Assembly (NCBI GenBank): GCA_027452005.1
Contig: DAIDHF010000012.1
Span: 735 to 64,734 of the forward strand
Direction of reading: 5' to 3'
Length of the DNA: 64,000 nt
Source: Acidimicrobiales bacterium
GTDB lineage: Bacteria; Actinomycetota; Acidimicrobiia; Acidimicrobiales; JAKAVM01
A program made the position numbers and the translations under genes. Shown piece after piece: positions 8,915-18,164 of this stretch. The notes beneath the pieces are model-generated. The model did no database searches, was not told the DNA's origin, and was given only the letters and a program-made list of their open reading frames with translations. Position 1 is the stretch's first letter; each line of letters opens with the position of its first letter.

Positions 8915-10708
8915 ATGAGTACTGCATACTCCCCGCCCGTGAATGCAAGCCAGCCGAGACTGCTGATAAAACTTTGCATGGCTAGTACGCTTTTGCTGGT
9001 TGTGGGTTTCCTCGTAATGAACGTCAAGGCAAGTTCTCGTGTTGGGGCCACGACTGGATCTCAGGGTACGGGTTACTGGATGTTGGATTCCTCTGGAACG
9101 GTGTACTCCTTAGGAGATGCAACCTCGATGTGCCCGGGATCAACCACGTGCCCGGTGTCGGGGATAACTTCGGCGGTTGCAATGGCCCCGACACCTGATG
9201 GTGGAGGCTACTGGGTGGTGTCTCCCCAGGGAGTTGTCGTGGGTTCAGGAGACGCGAAAGCGTTCTCCCTATCCACCCCTACCTCGGCCCCGGTTGTCGC
9301 AATTGCGTCCACCTCTGATGGGCAAGGATACTGGCTGACTACAAACCTAGGGCAGATTATCACGGCCGGAGACGCGGTTAGCTTTGGAGAGGACCCGGCT
9401 AATTTAGCGTCTCCAATTGTTGACATGGTTGCCACCCCAGATGCAAAGGGTTACTGGATGCTCGGTGGCGACGGTGGGGTTTTTGCATTTGGTGATGCCG
9501 GGTTTTTTGGATCGACAGGGGCAATTCATCTCAATAGACCAGCAGTTGCAATGGCGTCTAGCCCTGACGGTCGCGGTTACTGGTTCGTGGCATCCGACGG
9601 TGGGGTCTTTGCATTTGGTGATGCCGGGTTTTTTGGTTCTATGGCTAGCACTAGCTTGGCAAGACCAGTTTTAGGGATCGTCTCTACAATCAATGGCGAT
9701 GGTTACTGGATGGTGGCCTCTGACGGAGGAGTGTTTGCCTTTGGCGACGCGGGGTTTGTGGGCTCACTAGGGGGCCAAGCGATTGCGTACCCGATTGTCG
9801 CCTTCGCCCCATATGAAGGGGCTCCCTCAAATGTTCCGTCGACCTTGCCCTCTGGGGGAACGACTACTAGTTCTTTGGGTCCGCCAACCTCTATAGTTGT
9901 ATCTGACGGAACCGGGTGGTCGTCAACGGGTTTGGACGGTCCACAACCATCTCCCGGATCATGTCACTACGGGCTAGCATCAGATGGATACGATCTTCCT
10001 GATCTTTCTTGTACGCCGGGGGGCATCAACTCTAACGTTACCCAGTCAAACATTGGCTCTACAATTTGTTCCTCTGGCTACACCACCTCAGTGCGGCCTC
10101 CTGAGTCGATGACCGAGCCAGTCAAGTTTATCTTAATGGACGCTTACAACGATCCCAACTCTGCTAGCACAACTGAGTTGGATCACCTGGTCCCCTTAGA
10201 GTTGGGTGGATCGTCAGCTACACAAAATCTATGGGCTCAACCAGACCAAGGACAGCCTTCCGAGTTCGACCCCGGTGATCCCTATGGGATCAATGCAAAA
10301 GACGGAGTAGAAGACGCGTTGCATGACGCTGTATGCGCAGGAAAGGTGACATTAGCCTCGGCTCAACAGGCCATAGTGGCCAACTGGACCACCGCTCTTG
10401 ACGTACTCGGGTTAAGTTCGCCAACTTCTACCGCGACTAGCTCCCCCGTATCGACGACTACCCAGGCAAGTGTAGCTCCATGGTGTCAAGCGTCAGCCGC
10501 ACCGGCCAACGACGGCTATAGCGGAGACTTTAACGTTACTGTAACATCGAACCAGCCCTACCAAAATGCCACGGCTTCTGACACAGGGGACTCTTGGAGC
10601 CAAGAGACTAATGGTTCAGGTAGTGTGGTAATTCTTCTTTACAACTCTTCGCCTGGAGAACTGATCAACGTGACCGTAGGATCAGCTTCGTGTTCAGCAA
10701 CCGCTTAG
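8915..10708 (+). CDS. Secreted or membrane-anchored protein: six 'GYW..DGGvFaFGDA' repeats, an HNH (beta-beta-alpha-Me) nuclease-like domain, then a Cys-bounded C-terminal domain
   Basis: N-terminal hydrophobic anchor LCMASTLLLVVGFLVMNV. Six repeats, e.g. DAKGYWMLGGDGGVFAFGDAGFFGS, DGRGYWFVASDGGVFAFGDAGFFGS, NGDGYWMVASDGGVFAFGDAGFVGS. From about 10010 the sequence reads CTPGGINSNVTQSNIGSTICSSGYTTSVRPP...ELDHLVPLELGG..NLWAQP...INAKDGVEDALHDAVCAGKVTLASAQQAI. Confidence 0.85.
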   Translation: MSTAYSPPVNASQPRLLIKLCMASTLLLVVGFLVMNVKASSRVGATTGSQGTGYWMLDSSGTVYSLGDATSMCPGSTTCPVSGITSAVAMAPTPDGGGYWVVSPQGVVVGSGDAKAFSLSTPTSAPVVAIASTSDGQGYWLTTNLGQIITAGDAVSFGEDPANLASPIVDMVATPDAKGYWMLGGDGGVFAFGDAGFFGSTGAIHLNRPAVAMASSPDGRGYWFVASDGGVFAFGDAGFFGSMASTSLARPVLGIVSTINGDGYWMVASDGGVFAFGDAGFVGSLGGQAIAYPIVAFAPYEGAPSNVPSTLPSGGTTTSSLGPPTSIVVSDGTGWSSTGLDGPQPSPGSCHYGLASDGYDLPDLSCTPGGINSNVTQSNIGSTICSSGYTTSVRPPESMTEPVKFILMDAYNDPNSASTTELDHLVPLELGGSSATQNLWAQPDQGQPSEFDPGDPYGINAKDGVEDALHDAVCAGKVTLASAQQAIVANWTTALDVLGLSSPTSTATSSPVSTTTQASVAPWCQASAAPANDGYSGDFNVTVTSNQPYQNATASDTGDSWSQETNGSGSVVILLYNSSPGELINVTVGSASCSATA

Positions 10709-10841
10709 CTGGAAGTGTATGTATTTTGTATTGCACTAGCTAAATGACATAGGTGATTGTCGGAGTTTCTACCTTGTTTCCCTCAAAGAAGTGCCTGATT
10801 CCAGGTGATCGATCGTGACCAAAAACAATACCGGGACCAAG

Positions 10842-11057
10842 CTAGTTTTCGGGGACGTAGTGCCTCTGGTTGACCTGGTCGATCCAGACCCTCATGGTTC
10901 TATTGGTAGTTGGATCCTTGAAAACTTCGTTAGTGGGAGTCCAATCTGGATTTGGCACATCTGATTCCCCGTGGCGCTTTACCCAAAAGCTCGCAATAAA
11001 AGCCCCGGCAACCAATACAACCACAGCTGACCAAATCACAATAGGAATCAAGGCCAC
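10842..11057 (-). CDS. Small single-TM membrane protein, function unknown
   Basis: 71-aa ORF with a GTG start and an N-terminal TM helix (LIPIVIWSAVVVLVAGAFIASFWV). Confidence 0.5.
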   Translation of the reverse strand: MALIPIVIWSAVVVLVAGAFIASFWVKRHGESDVPNPDWTPTNEVFKDPTTNRTMRVWIDQVNQRHYVPEN

Positions 11058-11113
11058 CTCTTCAATCTAACTAAATCTACTATTAGCAAGTCTTCTACCG
11101 CGGTAATCCTGGG

Positions 11114-11503
11114 TTATCTCGGCTCGATAACGACGGCAGTTCCGTATGCAACTATCTCGGTCAAGTTGCCCCCGATCTCAGAAGAATCAAATCGCATAGA
11201 AACAATCGCGTTTGCCCCTATCACTCTGGCATTCTCAATTAGCCGGTCTATCGCGTGACGACGAGAGTCTTCTACAAGTCTGGTGTACTGTTTTACCTCT
11301 CCCCCCGCAATCGCTCTAAAGCCAGCCGCAATTCCCTTTGCAGCTCCCATGCTTCTCGCGTTGACCCCAAAAGATAGTCCCACGGTTCTAACAATCTTCC
11401 ACTCGGTAAATTCAAGGGCGGTGGTTATAGGAAAAGTAGATACCCCGATCGAGGTAACGTTGGGCTGGAGATTTTGATCTGGCTGATTCATAGGCTTGGT
11501 CAT
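11114..11503 (-). CDS. YbjQ/UPF0145-family protein
   Basis: The C-terminal ~105 aa match the YbjQ pattern (VRTVGLSFGVNARSMG...GGEVKQYTRLVEDSRRHAIDRLIENARVIGANAIVSMRFDSSEIG). Confidence 0.75.
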   Translation of the reverse strand: MTKPMNQPDQNLQPNVTSIGVSTFPITTALEFTEWKIVRTVGLSFGVNARSMGAAKGIAAGFRAIAGGEVKQYTRLVEDSRRHAIDRLIENARVIGANAIVSMRFDSSEIGGNLTEIVAYGTAVVIEPR

Positions 11504-11524
11504 GAAATTTGATTATAGTAACTC

Positions 11525-11932
11525 ATGCGATACCATGTATCTATGTACGAACTTTCTCAAGACGACCTAGCCCTGATAAGGGAAAAACAACTAGCCCACT
11601 TAGCAACAGTGGACTCGGACGGCTCGCCTCACGTCACCCCTGTTTGGGTGGACACCGACGGCAAGCACGTCATAATTAACACCGCTGAGGGCCGGGTTAA
11701 ACATCGAAATATACTGAAAGATCCACGGGTCTCAGTTTCAATAGTGGACCGGGAGAACGACTATAGAACTCTCTGGATAAAGGGGACGGCGAAATTTGAC
11801 TCAACCGGGGCCGATGAACACATAGACGCAATGGCCATGAAGTATCTCGGACAAGACAAGTATCCTTTTCGCCAACCAGGCGAAGTACGCGTGAAGGTCA
11901 TAATTGAGCCAACAGAGAGGCTTGGACATTAG
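11525..11932 (+). CDS. Pyridoxamine 5'-phosphate oxidase-fold (PPOX-class, probably F420-dependent) protein
   Basis: LAHLATVDSDGSPHVTPVWVDTDGKHVIINTAEGRVKHRNILKDPRVSVSIVD is typical of the PPOX split-barrel family. The start may instead be the internal MYELSQ. Confidence 0.75.
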   Translation: MRYHVSMYELSQDDLALIREKQLAHLATVDSDGSPHVTPVWVDTDGKHVIINTAEGRVKHRNILKDPRVSVSIVDRENDYRTLWIKGTAKFDSTGADEHIDAMAMKYLGQDKYPFRQPGEVRVKVIIEPTERLGH

Positions 11933-11967
11933 GAGGATATCGGGAAAGACCTCTTAGAGGACGCAAG

Positions 11968-12621
11968 ATGTGTGGGCGTTTTGTAGTGGAGACCCCCAGG
12001 GCCGAGTTGGCCAGGATATTTTCGGCAGTCCTTTCTCCAGGACTTCCACTAGAGCGGCAACCCAACTGGAACGTAACCCCGACAAGTCTCGTGGACACTA
12101 TTTACTCAAATAGCCCACAAGAGAGGCTTCTAGACCACTTTACCTGGGGGCTTACCCCTTCGTGGGCAACCCAGCCAATTATCAACGCGAGACATGAGAC
12201 CATTTTGGAAAAGCCAACTTTCAAGGGGGTATTCCGTTGCGTAATTCCAGCAGATGGATTTTACGAGTTCAAGAGAGCTGACAAGAGTTCAAAACCGGTC
12301 CCGTACTATTTCAAAAGCCCCTCAGGTCATATATTGGCATTCGCGGCCATTTATGGCCGAGACCCTACCAGCGAGAAAGACCAGTGTGCGATTATTACCT
12401 CGGCAGCCAACAAGGACATGGTCCCGGTGCACAGTCGAATGCCAATAATCCTCTCCGAAGACTCCCTAGTATCTTGGTTAGATTCGAACGTCCCCAACTC
12501 AGTAGTCTTTGAAGGCCTAGCTCCAAACCCTGATGGGACTCTTGTAAGTTACCCGGTCTCAAATAAAGTAAATTCGCCTGCCAATAACTTCCCAGAACTA
12601 GTTCTGCCTGCCCAGACCTAG
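11968..12621 (+). CDS. SOS-response-associated peptidase (SRAP/YedK, abasic-site processing)
   Basis: The N-terminal MCGRF with catalytic Cys2 is the hallmark. Length of about 217 aa fits. Confidence 0.85.
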   Translation: MCGRFVVETPRAELARIFSAVLSPGLPLERQPNWNVTPTSLVDTIYSNSPQERLLDHFTWGLTPSWATQPIINARHETILEKPTFKGVFRCVIPADGFYEFKRADKSSKPVPYYFKSPSGHILAFAAIYGRDPTSEKDQCAIITSAANKDMVPVHSRMPIILSEDSLVSWLDSNVPNSVVFEGLAPNPDGTLVSYPVSNKVNSPANNFPELVLPAQT

Positions 12622-12927
12622 TGCAACTCTAATCAGACCTTTGATTCTCGGATTTATCGACCAGTAGGTCCAACGCCCCCTCTTCTCTCCGACAAGTATC
12701 CCGACCTCACTCAATATCGTTGTATGATGGGATATAGTCGACTGGCTCTTGTTTGTAGGGCCTTCTAGATCACAGGAGCAAATTTTAGGGTTTGTGAACA
12801 CGAGGTGAACAATCTGTAACCGGACCAAATCGCCCAGTGCCTCAAAGATTTCTGCTAACTCGTCTAGTTGGGCCAAGTCGCCTAACCCTTTTAGCGACCT
12901 CGGGGAGCAATTTTCATTTTTCCTCAT
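12598..12927 (-). CDS. arsR: ArsR/SmtB-family metalloregulator
   Basis: LGDLVRLQIVHLV...CSCDL (CxC metal site)...QSTISHHTTILSEVGILVGEKRGRWTYW winged-helix signature. Divergent from the aquaporin-arsC pair. Confidence 0.85.
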   Translation of the reverse strand: MRKNENCSPRSLKGLGDLAQLDELAEIFEALGDLVRLQIVHLVFTNPKICSCDLEGPTNKSQSTISHHTTILSEVGILVGEKRGRWTYWSINPRIKGLIRVALGLGRQN

Positions 12928-12938
12928 TCGGGTTTTGA

Positions 12939-12960
12939 TAGATTGATGGGCATCGATCTA
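12939..12960. promoter_or_regulatory. Candidate ArsR operator: 10-2-10 imperfect inverted repeat
   Basis: TAGATTGATG-GG-CATCGATCTA (arms match 9/10) lies in the 59-bp divergent arsR/aquaporin intergenic region. ArsR/SmtB repressors classically bind such dyads. Confidence 0.45.
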
Positions 12961-12986
12961 ATATACTAATAGATGCCGGTGGGACA

Positions 12987-13652
12987 ATGCACAAGAAACT
13001 CATAGCCGAATTTTTTGGAACACTATTTTTGGTGACCTGTGTTATAGGTTCGGGGATTGCCGCATCGAAACTCTCACCGGGTAACTTAGGTCTGGAATTA
13101 TTTGAAAACTCCTTCGCAACTGGTGGTGGATTAATATGTTTGATCCTGTGCTTTGGCCCGATCTCCGGGGCACACTTCAATCCACTTGTTTCGCTTTGGG
13201 CACTAGTTACCCGTCGTGTGAGTTTCCGGGAATTTTGTGAATATGTGACTGCCCAATTTCTTGGGGGGTTCCTAGGAGCTCTAGTAGCAAATGCCATGTT
13301 TTCAAGGGCTACTATCGAACTCTCTAACAAAGTTCGATCATCTTTTGGAGTCGGCCTTTCTGAAGCCATTGCGACCTTTGGGCTTGTAATGGTTATAGCC
13401 CTAATTGCAAAGTCCGGGAGGCTTGAGTCGATAGCGATTGCGGTGGGTTGTTATATTGCGAGTGCCTACTTCTTCACGTCGTCAACCAGTTTTGCGAACC
13501 CGGCTGTCACGGTTGCCAGGATGTTTTCCAACAGCTTTGCGGGAATTTCGCCGTCTTCGGTGCCGGAATTTGTGAGCTTTCAAGTAATTGGATCCCTGTG
13601 TGCGATCTTAGTAGTTCGCGTTATAGAAAAGGAGACCTTAGCTGTCCAATAA
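12987..13652 (+). CDS. MIP-family channel (aquaglyceroporin-like, probable arsenite channel)
   Basis: Two NPA-type boxes (HFNPLVS and FANPAVTVAR) and six hydrophobic segments, in an ars context. Confidence 0.85.
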   Translation: MHKKLIAEFFGTLFLVTCVIGSGIAASKLSPGNLGLELFENSFATGGGLICLILCFGPISGAHFNPLVSLWALVTRRVSFREFCEYVTAQFLGGFLGALVANAMFSRATIELSNKVRSSFGVGLSEAIATFGLVMVIALIAKSGRLESIAIAVGCYIASAYFFTSSTSFANPAVTVARMFSNSFAGISPSSVPEFVSFQVIGSLCAILVVRVIEKETLAVQ

Positions 13653-14046
13653 GGCGAAGATACTATTTGTGTGTGTTCACAATGCCGGACGAAGCCAGAT
13701 GGCGGCTGGATTTGCTAGAGAACTCGGTGACGATCGGGTTGAGATTCTGTCCGCTGGCACTCAACCGGCAGATGAGATAAATCCTGCTGTTATCCAGGCA
13801 ATGGCCGAGGTAGGGATTGACCTGGGTCAGGTCATTCCAAGAAAACTAACCCCTCATGATGCTGAGAGTTCCGACTATGTTGTAACCATGGGATGCGGGG
13901 ATAGTTGCCCATTCTTTCCCGGGAAGACCTATCTCGACTGGAAGCTGGACGACCCGGCCGGGAAATCCCTAAATGAGGTCAGGGTGATCCGAGACCAGAT
14001 CAAGGACTTAGTTTCCAAACTTATCTTTGAGATTTCATCCCACTAG
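13642..14046 (+). CDS. arsC: Arsenate reductase, low-molecular-weight phosphatase type
   Basis: The CX5R(S) P-loop CVHNAGRS is preceded by KILFV, which lies upstream of the ORF-track GTG (13669). There is an in-frame TAG at 13639-13641. CTG at 13642 sits 7 nt after GGAG (13631-13634). The exact start is uncertain. Confidence 0.8.
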   Translation: MSNKAKILFVCVHNAGRSQMAAGFARELGDDRVEILSAGTQPADEINPAVIQAMAEVGIDLGQVIPRKLTPHDAESSDYVVTMGCGDSCPFFPGKTYLDWKLDDPAGKSLNEVRVIRDQIKDLVSKLIFEISSH

Positions 14047-14381
14047 ATCTTTTCGTGGAGAGACTCAACGAGTTGTCTGAGGTGTTCAATCTCTTTCTTG
14101 TGTTGCTTGTTATGCTTGATGATATGAATAGTACCTCCGGCTGCGATACATGCCCCTAGGTCACTTGTCACGTTAGTATAATTACCCCCAATCAGCTCCG
14201 AGGACGAGGATACGTGAACGCTGAACAGTGGCAGGATAACGAGATATACTCCCAACAAGGTTAGGAATATTATGTGTGGCTTGGATGCAAGGGCACGTGG
14301 GACAAAACCCAGTATCTTTGCCATTTTGGACTGGGGCTCGTCTGGGGACCCAGAGTTGGTCATGTCATCAATTGTAGGCAT
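14043..14381 (-). CDS. Hypothetical membrane protein
   Basis: 112-aa ORF with one clear TM helix (IIFLTLLGVYLVILPLF) and a K/H/E-rich C-terminal helix. No family recognised. Confidence 0.45.
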   Translation of the reverse strand: MPTIDDMTNSGSPDEPQSKMAKILGFVPRALASKPHIIFLTLLGVYLVILPLFSVHVSSSSELIGGNYTNVTSDLGACIAAGGTIHIIKHNKQHKKEIEHLRQLVESLHEKI

Positions 14382-14435
14382 TTCGCTCCTTTTAGTTGGC
14401 TTTTTCGATTACCTAATCTGGCTAGCGAATTTTAG

Positions 14436-14517
14436 TGGGCCGGGGAGGATTCGAACCTCCGTAGGCGAAGCCGGCAGATTTACAGTCTGCTCCCTTTGGC
14501 CGCTCGGGCACCGACCC
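14436..14517 (-). tRNA. tRNA-Tyr (anticodon GTA), class II with a long variable arm, CCA not encoded
   Basis: The reverse complement reads GGGTCGGTGCCCGAGCGGCCAAAGGGAGCAGACTGTAAATCTGCCGGCTTCGCCTACGGAGGTTCGAATCCTCCCCGGCCCA. It has a 7-bp acceptor stem, an anticodon loop CTGTAAA, a GGTTCGAATCC T-arm, and close resemblance to E. coli tRNA-Tyr. Confidence 0.93.
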
Positions 14518-14629
14518 AGGGATACAAATCTAGTCTTATATCTCGGGCAATATCTAATTGAACGCCCCTTTTGGCCGACCTGACTCAACTTGCTTTCTGA
14601 CTCACCTAAGACAGAAGTTCGGGCAAACC

Positions 14630-15574
14630 CTACTGGTCGTCTCGGCGTCGAACGACCTTTTTTTTGATAGCCCCTTCGGGCCACTGGTAGGTCCTATCGG
14701 GCTTTATCGTCTCGTCAGTGTAGTAGGTCTCTCGGAACGCACAGTCCTCTAGGACCGCCTCAAACATGTTAGCCCCACCCAGATTTGCAGAGTGCAAGTT
14801 CACGTTTCTCAGGTGGGCCTTCCTGAACTGGGCCATTGGAAAGTCGGCCTCTGCAAGAATTGCATCTGTAAGATCGGCCCCTTCAAACCGGGTCATCCTG
14901 CAGTTGGCCCCTGAAAGGTCGGCTCCTCTCAAGATCGCCTTGGACAAGTCGGCCCGCGATAGATCTGCCCCGGTTAGATTGGCATAACTTAGGTCGGCCT
15001 CCTTCAGATTGCATCGCGACAAATCGGCCCCGAATAGGTCGGCTTGGCGAAACACGGCCCTGGAAAGGTTCGCCTTGGAGATCCGAATCTTTCGCATGTT
15101 GGCCCCGGTGAACTCCACCTGAGGCCAGTTGGCGTTGTTCACCGTGACCCAGGCCATGTTGCACTCCCTCAGATCTGTCCCGGGAGTAATCTTTCCAGGA
15201 ACAATCGGGGTTCCTACCTTGTCTACCCCGTAGGGAGAGTCGGGGCTTTGATGTCTAACCTCCCCGCCCTTTGACCCGTGACCTGCTGTGACCTGGTGGT
15301 GGACATGTTGGGCGTGCTTGGCCCGGGCCATCTTCCTCTTCTTCTTTGGGACGAGAGGCTTGTCGGTTACTTTTTTGGGGTCACCCAAGTAGATAACCTC
15401 TGGCTCTGGGACCTTGGCAGAGTCACCGGGTTTTGCAGAGTCACCCGGTTTGCCTGAACTTCCTAGGGGTCTCGGCTGGGCTGCCCGGGCACGCCCCTGG
15501 GCACTTGGTACGCGCCTAGCCCCGGTTGTCGCCGTGCCCCTCTTTGGTGCTGATCGCTTCCCAAAAAGTCTCAT
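14630..15574 (-). CDS. Pentapeptide-repeat protein with a basic, low-complexity N-terminal region
   Basis: The C-terminal half carries A(D/N)LxX repeats (ADLSRCNLKEADLSYANLTGADLSRADLSKAILRGADLSGANC). The N-terminus is K/R/P-rich with tandem KPGDSAKPGDSA. Confidence 0.85.
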   Translation of the reverse strand: MRLFGKRSAPKRGTATTGARRVPSAQGRARAAQPRPLGSSGKPGDSAKPGDSAKVPEPEVIYLGDPKKVTDKPLVPKKKRKMARAKHAQHVHHQVTAGHGSKGGEVRHQSPDSPYGVDKVGTPIVPGKITPGTDLRECNMAWVTVNNANWPQVEFTGANMRKIRISKANLSRAVFRQADLFGADLSRCNLKEADLSYANLTGADLSRADLSKAILRGADLSGANCRMTRFEGADLTDAILAEADFPMAQFRKAHLRNVNLHSANLGGANMFEAVLEDCAFRETYYTDETIKPDRTYQWPEGAIKKKVVRRRDDQ

Positions 15575-15674
15575 ATTCGCGTTCCCCAGATTTCAATCTC
15601 TAGACAGGGTATATTTTATCAAAGCTGGGGCTACTTTTGGCGACATTTACCAAGAAAGAACTAATATCGTAACA

Positions 15675-16163
15675 ATGCCAACCTTTGATGTCGTATCTGA
15701 AATTGATATCCAGGAAGTCCGAAACGCAGTTGACCAGGCGAACCGGGAGGCCACGACCAGGTTTGACTTCAAGGGGACCGACTCGGAGATTGAACTAAAC
15801 CAGATGGAGCTGACCTTGAAGTCGGCTACTGAAGATCGGCTCCGGGCCCTGGTGCAGGTCTTGGAGGAAAAGCTTGTAAAGCGTCAGGTCTCTTTGAAAT
15901 CAATAGAGAAGGGCAAGATTGAGGAGGGGGCCAAGGCGAGCGCCCGGATGAAGATAACCCTGAAAGCCGGGATCGAACCTGACGTGGCCAAGGCCATCAA
16001 CAAGACCATTAAAGAGTCGGCCCCCAAAGGGGTCACCTCATCAACTCAGGGGAACCAGGTTCGAGTTACCGGCAAAAAGCGCGACGACCTCCAAGACACA
16101 ATTTCACTCTTGAAGGAGGCCGACTTCGGGATCCCACTCCAGTTCGAGAACTTTAGGGACTAG
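15675..16163 (+). CDS. yajQ: YajQ-family (UPF0234) nucleotide/c-di-GMP-binding protein
   Basis: MPTFDVVSEIDIQEVRNAVDQANREATTRFDFKGT is the canonical YajQ N-terminus. The ORF-track start at 15414 is an artefactual upstream extension that overlaps the divergent gene. Confidence 0.85.
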   Translation: MPTFDVVSEIDIQEVRNAVDQANREATTRFDFKGTDSEIELNQMELTLKSATEDRLRALVQVLEEKLVKRQVSLKSIEKGKIEEGAKASARMKITLKAGIEPDVAKAINKTIKESAPKGVTSSTQGNQVRVTGKKRDDLQDTISLLKEADFGIPLQFENFRD

Positions 16164-16202
16164 GCAATCCGTCCGGTGGCTCTGGTCGAAAAAGAGGCAA
16201 GA

Positions 16203-18164
16203 CTAGTCGTCACCTGCCGAGGTTAGCGCCTTTACCCGGATCTCCTCTACCACCCCGGGATCGGCCAGGGTGGTCGTGTCACCCAGGGACCTCCCGTTGG
16301 CCACGTCGGCCAGAAGTCGCCGCATGATCTTGCCACTTCGGGTCTTGGGGAGTTCGTCGGTAAAGATGATCGTCTTGGGTCGGGCAATTGCCCCGATAAC
16401 CTTGGCCACGTGCGATCTTAACTCCTCTCCTTTTTCTGTTGATTGGACCTGACCCGCCTTCAAGGTCACAAAGCCAATTATGGCCTGTCCGGTCGTGGGA
16501 TCGTTAGCCCCGACCACGGCGGCCTCGGCCACGGAGGGATGGTCAACCAAGGCAGATTCAACCTCGGTGGTCGAGATCCGGTGCCCGGATACGTTCATGA
16601 CGTCATCAACCCGCCCTAATAGCCACAGGTAACCGTCGTCGTCGACCTTGGCCCCGTCGCCAGCAAAGTACCGCCCGTCAAAGCGGCTCCAGTAGGTCTC
16701 TCGGTAGCGCTCAGGGTCGCCATATATGCCCCTGAGCATTGCCGGCCAGGGTCTTACAATCGTTAGATACCCACCACCTTTTTCTATCTTGGCCCCGTTA
16801 TCGTCAACCACCTCGACTGAAATTCCGGGAAGTGCAAAGGTGGCCGAACCAGGCTTTAGCTTGGTAACACCAGGCAACGCCGAGATCATGATCGCCCCGG
16901 TCTCGGTCTGCCACCAGGTGTCCACGACCGGACAGCGCTCTTGACCTATGTGGGTAAAATACCACACCCAGGCCTCAGGGTTAATGGGTTCGCCCACCGA
17001 GCCCAGGAGACGAAGAGATGACAGATCGTGACCAGCCGGATACTTCTCGCCCCACTTCATAAACGTCCGGATTGCGGTCGGGGCGGTATACAAGATGGTC
17101 ACCTTGTATCGCTCGATAATGTCCCACCAGCGGTCCTTGTCGGGAAAGTCAGGGGTGCCCTCATAGATTACCGACGTGGCCCCGTTGGTTAATGGGCCGT
17201 ACAAGATGTAGCTGTGTCCCGTAACCCACCCGATGTCTGCCGCACACCAATACACGTCCCGGTCAGCCTTCAAGTCAAAGACATACTTATGAGTAAATGC
17301 CACCTGAGTTAGATACCCCCCGGTGGTGTGCATGATCCCCTTGGGCTTAGCGGTGGTTCCCGACGTGTAGAGCAAGTACAACAGGTCCTCGGAGTCCATG
17401 GGTTCGGGATCACAACTAGATGACTGCCTGTCCATTATATCGTGCCACCATATGTCTCGACCGTCAACCATGGTTACCTCGGTGTCGGTGCGACGGGCCA
17501 CGACCACCTTTTCAACACTCGGGCACTCATCTAAGGCCACATCCACGTTGGCCTTCAGGGCAATCTTGGCACCCCTCCTGAAGCCCCCATCTGCGGTGAT
17601 TACAACCTTGGCCTGGGCGTCATTTATCCGCCCGGCCAGGGCCTCCGATGAGAACCCCCCAAAGACCACCGAGTGGGCTGCCCCGATCCTCGTGCACGCC
17701 AACATGGCCACGGGTAACTCGATTATCATGGGCATGTAGATGGCCACTCGGTCACCGCGCGCTACTCCGAGTGACTTGAGAGCGTTCGCGAACCTACATA
17801 CCTCCCCGAGCAGGTCTGAGTAGGTTACCGTCTTCACGTCACCGGGCTCGCCCTCCCAGTAGTAGGCAACCCGGTCCCCGTTTCCGGCCTCCACGTGGCG
17901 GTCCAGGCAGTTGTAGGACACGTTTAGCTTGCCCCCCAAGAACCACCTGGAAAACGGGAGTTCCCACTGACAGACCTCCGAGAACGGCTCAAACCAGGTG
18001 ATCAGTTCATTTGCCTGATTCTTCCAAAACTCGAGGTAGTCGACCTGGGCACGGTCGTACATTGCGTTATCCAACACGAGAGCTTGTCTCTTGAAGGCCT
18101 CACTTGGCTCGAAAAGTCGGTTTTCAGACATGTAGTTTTCTATTGCGGCGGTTTCTGCTTCCAT
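16203..18164 (-). CDS. acs: Acetyl-CoA synthetase (AMP-forming)
   Basis: 653 aa. [18 protein letters not shown] and the C-terminal [14 protein letters not shown] motif match Acs throughout. Confidence 0.95.
   Translation of the reverse strand: MEAETAAIENYMSENRLFEPSEAFKRQALVLDNAMYDRAQVDYLEFWKNQANELITWFEPFSEVCQWELPFSRWFLGGKLNVSYNCLDRHVEAGNGDRVAYYWEGEPGDVKTVTYSDLLGEVCRFANALKSLGVARGDRVAIYMPMIIELPVAMLACTRIGAAHSVVFGGFSSEALAGRINDAQAKVVITADGGFRRGAKIALKANVDVALDECPSVEKVVVARRTDTEVTMVDGRDIWWHDIMDRQSSSCDPEPMDSEDLLYLLYTSGTTAKPKGIMHTTGGYLTQVAFTHKYVFDLKADRDVYWCAADIGWVTGHSYILYGPLTNGATSVIYEGTPDFPDKDRWWDIIERYKVTILYTAPTAIRTFMKWGEKYPAGHDLSSLRLLGSVGEPINPEAWVWYFTHIGQERCPVVDTWWQTETGAIMISALPGVTKLKPGSATFALPGISVEVVDDNGAKIEKGGGYLTIVRPWPAMLRGIYGDPERYRETYWSRFDGRYFAGDGAKVDDDGYLWLLGRVDDVMNVSGHRISTTEVESALVDHPSVAEAAVVGANDPTTGQAIIGFVTLKAGQVQSTEKGEELRSHVAKVIGAIARPKTIIFTDELPKTRSGKIMRRLLADVANGRSLGDTTTLADPGVVEEIRVKALTSAGDD

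Noticed and set aside
12914-13369. A 151-aa minus ORF opposite the MIP channel gene.
   Set aside because: The plus-strand ORF has two NPA boxes and six TM segments. The minus ORF has no features and would overlap arsR.
14272-14684. ORFs 14272-14583 (+) and 14409-14684 (-).
   Set aside because: Both run through the tRNA-Tyr gene (14436-14517), which explains the sequence better.
15414-15674. The N-terminal 87-aa extension of the YajQ ORF.
   Set aside because: It overlaps the divergent pentapeptide-repeat gene and has a low-complexity translation. The canonical YajQ N-terminus MPTFDVV begins at 15675.
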